Below are positions 9,053 to 18,270 of a stretch of 64,000 nucleotides of DNA, piece after piece. The position numbers were made by a program, and so were the translations under genes. The notes under the pieces were generated by a model, which made no database searches, was not told the origin of the DNA, and was given only the letters and a program-made list of their open reading frames with translations. This stretch comes from Terracidiphilus sp. (GTDB taxonomy: Bacteria > Acidobacteriota > Terriglobia > Terriglobales > Acidobacteriaceae): NCBI GenBank assembly GCA_036495975.1, contig DASXLY010000252.1:412201-476200 (forward strand), read 5' to 3'. Positions within the stretch are counted from its first letter, which is position 1; the number at the start of each line of letters is the position of its first letter.

Positions 9053-10975
9053 TCACCCAAACAGCGCCGTCACAATGTGGTTCACGGCGAACGCACTGAT
9101 CCACGCCAACGCCAGCATGTAAGCGAATTGGATCGCAGGCCACTTCCAGCTATTGGTTTCGCGCCGTACCACGGCCATGGTCGATGTGCACTGCATGGCG
9201 AAGGCGAAAAAGATCATCAGAGCCACGGCTCCGCCCAGAGACATGTCGGTGTGCAACGCGGTTTGCAGATGCATGGTCTGCGTCTCAGGATCAGCCCCGT
9301 AGAGCGTGCCCATTGTGGACACCATCACTTCGCGTGCCAGCACGCTGGAGATCAGCCCGATCCCAACCTTCCAGTTGAATCCGAGAGGCGCAATCGCCGG
9401 CTCGATGAAATGCCCAAGCTTCCCGACTACGCTGTCCGCAAGTTCTGGCGCGGTGTAGTGCCCATTGTGCAGCGGCACCGGCGGAATGTGCGCCAGCACC
9501 CACAGGGCCAGGGTCACAGAAAGAATGATCGTTCCGGCATTGCGCAGAAACACGCGTGCGCGATCGAAGAGCCGCATCATCAGCGAGCGGATCGTTGGCA
9601 TCCGGTACTGCGGCAGTTCGAGAATGAATGGTGCATCACTGGACTTGAGGATCGAGCTTTTCAGTAACCGGGCCGTGGTCATGGCGGCGACGAATCCTGC
9701 CAGATACAAACCCAGCATCACGATCGTTCGCAGGCCGAGAAACCCATGCAGGAAGTTTTTGTTCGGAATGAATGCGGCAATCAGCAGGATGTACACCGGG
9801 AGCCGCGCCGAGCATGTCATGAACGGCGTTACCAGGATGGTCGCGAGACGGTCGCGCCGGTTCTCAATCGTTCGGGTGGCCATGATGGCCGGGACTGCGC
9901 AGGCATAGGCCGACAGCAGCGGGATAAATGCCTTGCCGTTCAAGCCAATCGTGCGCATCACGCGATCGGCAATCAGTGCCGCACGCGCCAGGTACCCCGA
10001 GTCTTCGAGCACTCCGATAAACAGGAAGAGCAGGAGAATCTGGGGGAGGAAAACCAATACCGAGGAGATGCCCTTCCATGCACCGTCAATTACCAGCGAA
10101 CGCAACCAGCCCGCTGGCAGAAGATGGCCGGCCAGCGAGCCCATCTTCGCGAGCACATCGGCAAAACCATCGCTCAGGGGCTGTCCGATCGAAAACACAA
10201 CTTCGAACACGCCCACCACAACCACGAGGAACAGTAGAGGTCCCCAAACGCGGTGCAGCAGGACGTTATCGAGTTTGCGACTGTTTTCTGCCGAAAGCGG
10301 TGCGCGATAGCCTGTCCGACGGCTGACCTGCGCCGCCCAGGTATGCGTGCTGGCAGCATTTCCCAGCACTGGCAACGTCAAAAGCTGCTCAGCTTTTTTC
10401 ACCGCGCGTGGTAGTGCGCACTGGTTCAGGAACAACGGAATCGCATCCATCCCTGTGCCACGCACCGCGCTGATCTGCGCCACTGGCGCACCCAGCTCCT
10501 TCGCCAACTTCAGCGAATCAAGCTGGCCGCCGCGCGACTCCATCAGGTCGCTCATGTTCAGCAGAACCAGTGTGGGCAGCCCAAGGGCCAGGACGGGCGC
10601 AGCCAGCATCAACTGCCGCGTCAGGTGCAGGGAATCGAGAACCAGCAGAACCGCATCCGGCTTCGGCGTGCCGGGCATCTTGCCCTTCAACACATCGATC
10701 GAAACGCGCGCGTCCTCAGAGTACGGAGTGAGCGAGTAAACACCGGGCAGATCGATCAGCGTGAGATCGTCGCGCCCCACGCCCGACATCAGGCCCATCC
10801 TCTGTTCGACTGTCACGCCGGGATAATTGGCGACCTTTTGCCTGAGCCCCGTGAGCCGATTGAACAGGGTGGACTTGCCGGAGTTGGGCGGTCCAATCAG
10901 GACAACGGTGCTGAGACCTCCGGAGCCAGGTGCCTGCGGTGCCTCAAACGCCGGGGTCTCACAGCAGGTGCTCAT
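9053..10975 (-). CDS. feoB: Ferrous iron transporter B
   Basis: GPPNSGKSTLFN, NYPGVTVE, DLPGVYSL, PFMTCSARLPVY. Confidence 0.96.
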   Translation of the reverse strand: MSTCCETPAFEAPQAPGSGGLSTVVLIGPPNSGKSTLFNRLTGLRQKVANYPGVTVEQRMGLMSGVGRDDLTLIDLPGVYSLTPYSEDARVSIDVLKGKMPGTPKPDAVLLVLDSLHLTRQLMLAAPVLALGLPTLVLLNMSDLMESRGGQLDSLKLAKELGAPVAQISAVRGTGMDAIPLFLNQCALPRAVKKAEQLLTLPVLGNAASTHTWAAQVSRRTGYRAPLSAENSRKLDNVLLHRVWGPLLFLVVVVGVFEVVFSIGQPLSDGFADVLAKMGSLAGHLLPAGWLRSLVIDGAWKGISSVLVFLPQILLLFLFIGVLEDSGYLARAALIADRVMRTIGLNGKAFIPLLSAYACAVPAIMATRTIENRRDRLATILVTPFMTCSARLPVYILLIAAFIPNKNFLHGFLGLRTIVMLGLYLAGFVAAMTTARLLKSSILKSSDAPFILELPQYRMPTIRSLMMRLFDRARVFLRNAGTIILSVTLALWVLAHIPPVPLHNGHYTAPELADSVVGKLGHFIEPAIAPLGFNWKVGIGLISSVLAREVMVSTMGTLYGADPETQTMHLQTALHTDMSLGGAVALMIFFAFAMQCTSTMAVVRRETNSWKWPAIQFAYMLALAWISAFAVNHIVTALFG

Positions 10976-11298
10976 CGAGTAGCACCTGCAAATTTGTGAA
11001 TTTCAGACTGGACAGGGATGCCCGAAATTCCAGGGTTCTTTCCGACGCCGAGATCGGCCTGGGGTGTATTGACCATCGCCCGAACGCGAATGGCCTCAGC
11101 GGTCTCCTTGCGCAGCGCAATCTCCATGCCATCAATGGCATACACGGTCGGGTCGCCGGCCGGTGCGCGGCGAAGCGAAGTCACTTCCGCTTCCGGAACA
11201 AAGCCCATATGCATCAGATAGTTTTGAACTGAGTCGGGTAGATCGAGAGAAACCAGGATCGCCGTTTCGCCGATGCGCAGATCCGTCAGCACACTCAC
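10972..11298 (-). CDS. feoA: Ferrous iron transport protein A
   Basis: LMHMGFVP..EV...RRAPAGDP; overlaps the feoB start; start may be GTG 11298 or ATG 11433 (both have GGAGG). Confidence 0.88.
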   Translation of the reverse strand: MSVLTDLRIGETAILVSLDLPDSVQNYLMHMGFVPEAEVTSLRRAPAGDPTVYAIDGMEIALRKETAEAIRVRAMVNTPQADLGVGKNPGISGIPVQSEIHKFAGATR

Positions 11299-11557
11299 CT
11301 GCCGAACTCCTCCGGGCCGCCGAAAGGGCAGCACCCGAAAACTACGACCAGAATGGTCTGAATTCAGTATACGACCATTTTGGTCGGCATCGCAAATCGT
11401 ACTGTGGATTGGTCCTGCCCCATGATCTCCCATGGCCCGGCCTCCTGTAAGGAAGGCTTGGATCCCGTCCAAACGCTTTCCTTCTTGACCCCTTCAGAAG
11501 CTGCTTCATTGCCGCTGGTTTCGTGAACTATTCTTATCGCGGAGAGTCGATCGAAGA

Positions 11558-11573
11558 TGTGATTTGGGTCACT
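11558..11573. promoter_or_regulatory. CRP/FNR-family site upstream of feoAB
   Basis: TGTGA-TTTGGG-TCACT; minus-strand TAAGAAT begins about 29.5 bp from its centre; a weak Fur-like box overlaps at 11522-11536. Confidence 0.65.
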
Positions 11574-11625
11574 AGAGCGTCGTCAAAAGAGCGGATCGAA
11601 CCAGCACGGCAGGAGGGCAAACGGC

Positions 11626-11934
11626 ATGAATGCGAATGAGTTTCGGGAAAGCGTAAAACACGAGATTCCGCCGGAGGGGCTCGCCGCTCCGCTTGCCGCC
11701 TTGTGGTGGGATGCGAAGGGCGACTGGACGCAGGCACACGGCATGGTCGACGAACTGGAAACCAAGGAGGGAATGGCCGTTCACGCCTACCTCCATCGCA
11801 AAGAGGGCTCAGTCTCGAACGCCGCCTACTGGTACGACCGGGCCGGTCGCAATTTCCACCGTCCCGCCCTCGATGACGAATGGGAAGCCTTAGTTGCCGG
11901 CCTGCTGCCGCAGCAGGAGAAATCTAAGCTCTAA
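11626..11934 (+). CDS. Small hypothetical protein (helical, TPR-like)
   Basis: W..AH..VD, HAYLHRKEG...NA.YWY.RAG pattern; AGGAGG RBS. Confidence 0.8.
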   Translation: MNANEFRESVKHEIPPEGLAAPLAALWWDAKGDWTQAHGMVDELETKEGMAVHAYLHRKEGSVSNAAYWYDRAGRNFHRPALDDEWEALVAGLLPQQEKSKL

Positions 11935-13055
11935 GACGTTGCCTCAAACCAGGCTGGCGAGGGTCCTGCAGCCTCTTCGATCGCGGGAACAAAACTGCGG
12001 TCGAGTTCGCGCACCATCGCCGCCAGGTTCTCCACGATCTTTTGCCACTGCGCCGCATCGCCGATCGGATACTGCCCGAGGATTCCGGGTCCCACCGGGA
12101 TTCCCAACGATGCTCTGAATCCCGCGCCATGAACCGAGAAATTCCCTGAGACCATGTGGCTCCACGTTCCCACGTCAAGATAGAGCTCCACGGTCAGGTT
12201 TCCTTCCGTCCGTCGTGTCAGGTGAAACTCGCCACTCCCACCCGTGCAGCTGTATCCCATCGACTTGAACGCAGAGTCCAGCGCCGGCTTGCGTTGCCCC
12301 GCCAGTACTCCCAAATTCTGCGCCATCGCATCCGGCATAGGTGGCAGCTGATGCGGCATCATTGCTGCTGCCGCAATTTCCTCTATCCGTGCCCGGTAGT
12401 CCGCATTCACTGCTTTCACCGCTTCCTAATTTGCCGGTGGAATCGACGTCACCAATCCGCCGCCCGGCGCGAGAATCGGCACGTGCACGCTCTTCTTGGC
12501 CTTCCCGCAAGCTTTGATCACCGCATCGATGCCTGCTGGATTCGGCGGCAGCTTCTTGTCACCCGCATTGGCTTCATACACGGTGTAGACCGAGAACGCT
12601 CTCTGTCGACCATTCACCCACCAGTTGTCGGTGATTAGAACGCCGGGCAGGGAGTGACCCATCGCGGGCAGTCCTATCAGGCGTTCGCCAAACTCGGGGG
12701 CGTAGAAATGCAGCGCCACGCTGCGAAACGGATAGCTGCGCGGCACGCCCGCGGCAATCGACTCAAGCAGCGAGTAGTCGCACAGGTCACCGGTTTTGCT
12801 GTTTGAGATCATGCGCACGTCCGGGGTCGCGGGCATCAGAGGTCGATGCGTGATGAAACGCTGCATCTCCGGATGTCGCTTGAGCACGCGATCGATTGCG
12901 GAAACGCCTCTTCCTACGGGAGCATCGATCAGCGTGAATCGAATCGAGGGCTCTCCAAGCCCGGCAGCAAGGAACGCCTTGTGAACCCTGCCCGCCATTT
13001 CGGCCAGCGGCTCTTTTTTGCTGGCGGCAAAAGGAGTGTGGAGGGCGACTTTCAT
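11931..13055 (-). pseudogene. Hypothetical protein interrupted by a single in-frame TAG
   Basis: ORFs 12426..13055 and 11931..12419 share a frame: ...IPPAN-TAG(12426-12428)-EAVKAVNAD... Confidence 0.65.
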
Positions 13056-13174
13056 GTTGAACCTGAGTATCGTATAAACCGCGTCAGGGCGATACCGTTT
13101 TTAAACGTTCACGACTGAAGGCCAAATCCAGCCACGGCTTTGGTACTCTTCTCAGTGACAAGATCGATCGACTT

Positions 13175-14422
13175 ATGAGCATAGCTCTCAAAACTGCTGC
13201 AGGCACCGAATCTGCGCGCACCACCACGTCGCGCACCGCCACGCAACGCATCGCCAGCATCGACATCTTTCGCGGCATCACCATGGCTGTGATGATCTTC
13301 GTCAACGCACTCGATGGCGTGCGCGGGCTGCCCTGGTGGACCCATCACGCCCGCGCCAGCTGGGACGTGATGACCTACGTTGATATGGTTTTTCCGTTCT
13401 TTCTGTTTGCGGTTGGCCTTTCGCTTCCCATCGCCATTGAGCGGCGCCTCAAGCGCAATCCGTCCTCTGCAGCTTTATGGATCCATATCCTCGTTCGCTC
13501 CGCATCGCTGGTCGTGCTCGGTCTCATCCTCGCCAATGCCGAAAAAGCCGACGCGGCGCGCATGGGAATGAGGGGAAGCCTGTGGGGATTGCTCGGTATC
13601 CTGTGCGCCTCGCTCTTCCTCCTCGACTACTCAAGCTTGAAGCTTCTGCAGCCATACGCACGTATTCTGCAGGGCATTGGCATGCTTGGCGTGGTAATTC
13701 TCTACGCCATCTTCCGCCGCTCCTCCGGAGGGCACTCGGCCTGGATTGATTTCTCCTATCCCGAAATCCTGGGCCTCATCGGCTTCACGTACTTCGCCGT
13801 CTCGATTCTCTACATCCCCATGCGCCGCTGGAAGTGGGCCCCCGCCGCGTGGTTCGTTCTGCTCGTGGCCCTCTGTGCCCTCTCCACCGACAGGATGACG
13901 CTGATCCACATCGGCCTGCCTCTCTATCTCTGGCCCTTCGGCAATGGCGCGATGTGCTGCATCATGATGGCCGGCATCGTCACCACGATGTTCTTCCGCC
14001 CTTCCAATGGCGCCGCGCCTTCGCCCACTGCAATCGTCAGGTCGCTTGCTTTTGGAGTCATTGCACTCGGGGCAGGATGGGCACTGAAGCCGCTTGGCAT
14101 CTCTAAGATCCGCGCCACACCCACGTGGTCTCTGTGGAGCATCGGCGCCTCCGCCATCCTGTTCGCGCTGCTCTACTGGATCTGCGATGTGAAGCACTGG
14201 AAGAGCTGGGCCGCTCCTGTGCACGCGGCTGGAGCCAACACGCTCACAACCTATCTCCTGCCGGATCTTTGGGACTTTGCACTCGGCGCGCTCGGACTCT
14301 TCTTCTACGAGAAAATCTTTCCCTATGGCTGGCCGGGCGTAGCCAAAACAGTCGTATTCACCTGCCTGATCCTTGCGCTCGCATCCCTGCTGACGCGCGC
14401 CAAGGTTCGCCTGCAACTATAA
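13175..14422 (+). CDS. DUF5009 / heparan-alpha-glucosaminide N-acetyltransferase-like membrane protein
   Basis: RIASIDIFRG, D.VFPFFLFAVG, GISKIRATPTW; many TM segments. Confidence 0.82.
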   Translation: MSIALKTAAGTESARTTTSRTATQRIASIDIFRGITMAVMIFVNALDGVRGLPWWTHHARASWDVMTYVDMVFPFFLFAVGLSLPIAIERRLKRNPSSAALWIHILVRSASLVVLGLILANAEKADAARMGMRGSLWGLLGILCASLFLLDYSSLKLLQPYARILQGIGMLGVVILYAIFRRSSGGHSAWIDFSYPEILGLIGFTYFAVSILYIPMRRWKWAPAAWFVLLVALCALSTDRMTLIHIGLPLYLWPFGNGAMCCIMMAGIVTTMFFRPSNGAAPSPTAIVRSLAFGVIALGAGWALKPLGISKIRATPTWSLWSIGASAILFALLYWICDVKHWKSWAAPVHAAGANTLTTYLLPDLWDFALGALGLFFYEKIFPYGWPGVAKTVVFTCLILALASLLTRAKVRLQL

Positions 14423-14584
14423 GAAATCGATTCGCTAGTCCGTCCTTCGATACGCCGCACGAGGTAACTCGACGACGGTGAATGAAAGATTTGTCCAACT
14501 TAGGAACATAGAAAGCTCTTCTGCAACATCAAAGACAGGAAAGGTCGTGTTCGCCGCGCCGAAACCGCTCATTGATCCCAGCTT

Positions 14585-15049
14585 ATGAAGTCCTCCCATA
14601 CCGAAGTCCTCCGGCTGATCGCCCTCTTCAAGATGCTCAAAGCGGCCACCCTCATGGCCACCGGCATTGGCGCATTCAAGCTCATTCATGGCGATGCGGG
14701 ACGAATCCTGGAGCACTGGGCAGCCATGGTCAACCTCGACCCCGGCGGCCCGCTAGTCAACCTCGCAATTCAAAAAGTCACAAATCTCTCTCCGCACAGA
14801 ATCCGCGAACTCGGAATTGTCAGCTTTATCTATGCGGGTCTGTTCCTCACCGAGGGAGTCGGTTTACTTCTTCTGAAGGTCTGGGCCGAATGGTTCACGA
14901 TCATCATCACCGGATCATTGGTGCCCGTCGAGTTTTATGAACTCATCCATCGTCTGACAGCGATCAAGGCTCTTATCCTCATCCTCAATATCGCCGTCGT
15001 CTTCTACCTCATCCACCACATCCGACGTCGCGCGCCCGTGAGACGCTAA
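14585..15049 (+). CDS. DUF2127 family membrane protein
   Basis: LRLIALFK..K, YAGLFLTEGVGL...K.WAEW, PVEFYE. Confidence 0.82.
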   Translation: MKSSHTEVLRLIALFKMLKAATLMATGIGAFKLIHGDAGRILEHWAAMVNLDPGGPLVNLAIQKVTNLSPHRIRELGIVSFIYAGLFLTEGVGLLLLKVWAEWFTIIITGSLVPVEFYELIHRLTAIKALILILNIAVVFYLIHHIRRRAPVRR

Positions 15050-16020
15050 TCTCCAAACGGCATCCGCGCTTGCCCGATCCAGAAGACATTGCTCCGTCGT
15101 TCGAGGAAATTCGGCGCCCGCCCCTGCAACCGCGCCTGTACCTCCTGATACGGCCCGACGAACCGGACACCCTCCGGCAGCGTTGGATAGATCCGAGGCA
15201 GCCATTCGCGAATTCGCTGCGAGGACTCTTGCTCTGCCGCGCCAAAAGGCATTCCAAACTCCTCGCGAAACCGCGCTGGCATCCACTCCGCCGTCAGTGC
15301 CTGGTACCACCTTGGGACATAAATCCACGAGCCCGCACCACTCAGGATGCGGCGGCCCATCGCGCGCGCCAGGTCGCTCACACCGAGCGCCGGCGACGCG
15401 AGCATCTCAGCAATGTACGATTCGAATCCGCTCCAGTCCTCCGGCAGCGCCTCTGCCGGCAGGCCGAACAGTCCCGCCAGCACCTTCGACTCCTCGTAAT
15501 ACGCTGCCCGCTCTTCGCTGCTCAGCGGTGGCATCACGCAATCGTATGCGATGACCGCGCTCTCGATCAGGGTCGCGTACACCCACCGGAGTGCCGGAAC
15601 CCGCAACGCCTCATACCGTGAGCCCTTCGCATATCCTGCAACCCCTTCCGGCAAATTCCCGGTGATCTTCGTATGCAGCTGATACAGCGTTCGCGCCGAG
15701 CGAAAAGCCTGATCCGAGGTGCCGAAGATCATCGTGAACACTACACGGAACGTATTGTGAAAGCGCTTGATCGGTTTTTGCATCACCGCGGAATGCTGAT
15801 CGAGCGCCGCTGCCACCCACGGGTGCGCAAGCTGCAGCAGCGCCGCCCTCGCGGCCCCAAGAAACACCGCCGACTCGCGACTGATCCGCCAGGTCAGCGA
15901 GTCCGCGCCGAAAATGCCCTCCGCTGGTTGCCTTACACGTGCTGCAGCTGCGGCGATATAGCTTTCAAGCTGTTCGCGGGTGGTTCCCGTTCCGGAGCTA
16001 ACCGTGTGCGGCTGTTCCAT
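15046..16020 (-). CDS. Oxygenase MpaB/DUF2236 family protein
   Basis: RAALLQLAHP.VAA....HS, WVYATL motifs. Confidence 0.85.
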   Translation of the reverse strand: MEQPHTVSSGTGTTREQLESYIAAAAARVRQPAEGIFGADSLTWRISRESAVFLGAARAALLQLAHPWVAAALDQHSAVMQKPIKRFHNTFRVVFTMIFGTSDQAFRSARTLYQLHTKITGNLPEGVAGYAKGSRYEALRVPALRWVYATLIESAVIAYDCVMPPLSSEERAAYYEESKVLAGLFGLPAEALPEDWSGFESYIAEMLASPALGVSDLARAMGRRILSGAGSWIYVPRWYQALTAEWMPARFREEFGMPFGAAEQESSQRIREWLPRIYPTLPEGVRFVGPYQEVQARLQGRAPNFLERRSNVFWIGQARMPFGD

Positions 16021-16120
16021 GCTCTTCGCTCGGCGGACCTATCTCTTGGATGCACGGCTCGGAGAGAGCTGCAAACAACTGGTTTCCATTGCTTCGCCGT
16101 CCAGCTCTCCGATAAGGTGA

Positions 16121-17035
16121 ATGCGGAGTCCCGTGTTGAAAGTCTATCTGGTCGACGGTACGTACGAGCTCTTCCGCCACTACTTCGCCGTACCCAAGGC
16201 GCGGGATGCCATGGGTCGTGAAGTTGGAGCGGTGCGCGGTGTACTTGCGTCGCTGCTGGCCATGATGCGCGGGGGTGTCACCCATATCGGCGTGGCCACC
16301 GACCATGTTATCGAGTCTTTCCGCAACAACCTGTGGCACGGATACAAAACCGGCGAAGGCGTCGAGCCCGACCTCCTGTCGCAGTTTCCCATTCTGGAGG
16401 AAGTCCTCACCGCCGCCGGCATCGTCGTATGGCCCATGATCGAATTCGAAGCCGACGACGCGCTCGCCTCGGCCGCCGCTCTTGCCGCGAAGGATCGCCG
16501 TGTCGAGCAAGTGGTCATCTGCACCCCGGACAAGGACCTTGGTCAATCGGTTAGCGGGACCAGAGTTGTGCAGCTTGTCCGGCGCACGGGTGTGGTGATC
16601 GACGAAGCTGGCGTGATCGCAAAGTTTGGCGTACCGCCCTTGTCCATCCCCGACTATCTAGCCCTGGTTGGCGACTCGGCCGACGGCTATCCCGGACTGC
16701 CGGGCTGGGGCGCTAAATCCACCGGGGCCGTGCTAGCCAAATTTGGTCACATCGAATCCATTCCGCCCTCGGTCCGCGACTGGCACGTGAATGTGACGAA
16801 TTCATCCTCGCTCGCCGAGGTGCTCGTCACCCGCCGCAAAGATGCGCTGCTGTTCCGCACGCTGGCGACGCTGAAGACAGACATTCCTCTGTTTGATAAC
16901 GTTGACGAACTCCGCTGGACCGGTCCCACGCTGGCCTTCGATGCCGTCGGCAGCCTCCTCGATAAGGCGGTTACGGAGAAGAAGGCAAAACCGGGATCTC
17001 GCCCTAAGGTCCCGCGCCGCCAGCCGGCCGGCTAA
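16121..17035 (+). CDS. 5'-3' exonuclease / flap endonuclease (PolI N-terminal-like)
   Basis: LVDGTYELFR, EADDALA, DKDL, ALVGDSADGYPGLPGWGAK; true start may be 16133 or 16136. Confidence 0.9.
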   Translation: MRSPVLKVYLVDGTYELFRHYFAVPKARDAMGREVGAVRGVLASLLAMMRGGVTHIGVATDHVIESFRNNLWHGYKTGEGVEPDLLSQFPILEEVLTAAGIVVWPMIEFEADDALASAAALAAKDRRVEQVVICTPDKDLGQSVSGTRVVQLVRRTGVVIDEAGVIAKFGVPPLSIPDYLALVGDSADGYPGLPGWGAKSTGAVLAKFGHIESIPPSVRDWHVNVTNSSSLAEVLVTRRKDALLFRTLATLKTDIPLFDNVDELRWTGPTLAFDAVGSLLDKAVTEKKAKPGSRPKVPRRQPAG

Positions 17036-17132
17036 GTCAGGTTCGCGCTCACTTCCTGATCGCCGATGATCTCACCAACTGGTTCGTTGACAGGTTGACT
17101 GGCCCATTCCGGCCTAGGCTGCAGCTCGATTG

Positions 17133-17735
17133 CTAAAGATCACAACCCCCAGTGCTGCAGAAGATCGCGAGGAGGACATCTTCTGGGACGGTGATGACGA
17201 CGATACCAATAGCTCTTAGTGGCAAAGCGGCTAGATGTTTTGCCCTTCGGCTAAAGCGGCTCCTGGGAGAGCTCTCCAGTCTTAGTTTGATCGACCCTGG
17301 GGGCGGCGTCGGTTGGGTCTCGGTCAGGCAAGCCAAACTCAGGTCCATGACTCGCGGCTCCATTTTTCCGCGACGAACGCGAAGCCTGCCCTCGCGAATC
17401 CGGGTCACCTTCGCCTCGATCTGTGTTCCCCCATACGCGTATGCGACGTGCCCGTCAGTTGCAGTTTGAAGGACTCGAAAAGTCACGGTTGAATTTAAGG
17501 TTGCATGCTGCAAGGCGGATGGGTCGACTGGGGACAGTACTACTGGCAGATCGGAGGGAAGTTCCGAGTATCCCAGGAGTGAATCACGCACAAAGGCCCA
17601 AAAGGAACTTCTATACGCAAATAATGTTTGGCCCGATATCCCTGAGCTGACTGGCTCTTCTGCCTGACTAGTTTGTTGTGCGGCGAATATCGCTAATATC
17701 ACACACAGCACATTCTGAAGAGATTTGATTTTCAT
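17133..17735 (-). CDS. Hypothetical secreted protein
   Basis: Signal-peptide-like N-terminus; visibly more AT-rich than its neighbours; no family recognised. Confidence 0.55.
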   Translation of the reverse strand: MKIKSLQNVLCVILAIFAAQQTSQAEEPVSSGISGQTLFAYRSSFWAFVRDSLLGYSELPSDLPVVLSPVDPSALQHATLNSTVTFRVLQTATDGHVAYAYGGTQIEAKVTRIREGRLRVRRGKMEPRVMDLSLACLTETQPTPPPGSIKLRLESSPRSRFSRRAKHLAALPLRAIGIVVITVPEDVLLAIFCSTGGCDL

Positions 17736-18028
17736 CGTTCCGCCCCTCATTGAATACGAGAGTGATCGTATGGGAGAAGCGATGAGTTTAGGAGGACGGC
17801 GAGTACAGTTTCACTAAGTGTCACACGGTGCTGTTGGGTCTCGTAATCGGAGCTCACGTTGGATGCACGTAAGCGAGATTCGCGAGATAGGTGGCGAGTT
17901 TCCGACTGATCTGGGTGCCCCACCGACTTTCACCACGTCGATTTCACTTGCCGCAACCCATCACTCTATCCACAGGCCGTTGCGCCAATCGGAAAGTATT
18001 TTCATATTGTGGTATCGCCCGGCCTCCA

Positions 18029-18044
18029 TGTGTCTCTCATCACA
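18029..18044. promoter_or_regulatory. CRP/FNR-family site upstream of nifJ
   Basis: TGTGT-CTCTCA-TCACA; GAGACT -10-like hexamer at 18066-18071 (site at about -41.5). Confidence 0.55.
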
Positions 18045-18270
18045 GCCGCTAGCCGCCCCAGGGCAGAGACTCCTCGTAGCGGTCTCTCCGCTGCTGACGC
18101 GACTGCGAAAGCACTGAAGACGCTGTTGTTGAGCGGCAACAGTTCACCAGCCACGAGCTTGATGCGGAGCGTTTCAGTCGTTGGATTCATTTCTGCGGCT
18201 GAAGCCGGATCGCACGGTTTCATAACTCGCGGAACATCGATGAACGATGCCGCCAGATGAGGCATAGCGA

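Noticed and set aside
12426-12428. Pyrrolysine or other recoding at the TAG
   Set aside because: No pyl genes in the window and TAG is used as a normal stop by many genes here; a nonsense mutation or error is simpler.
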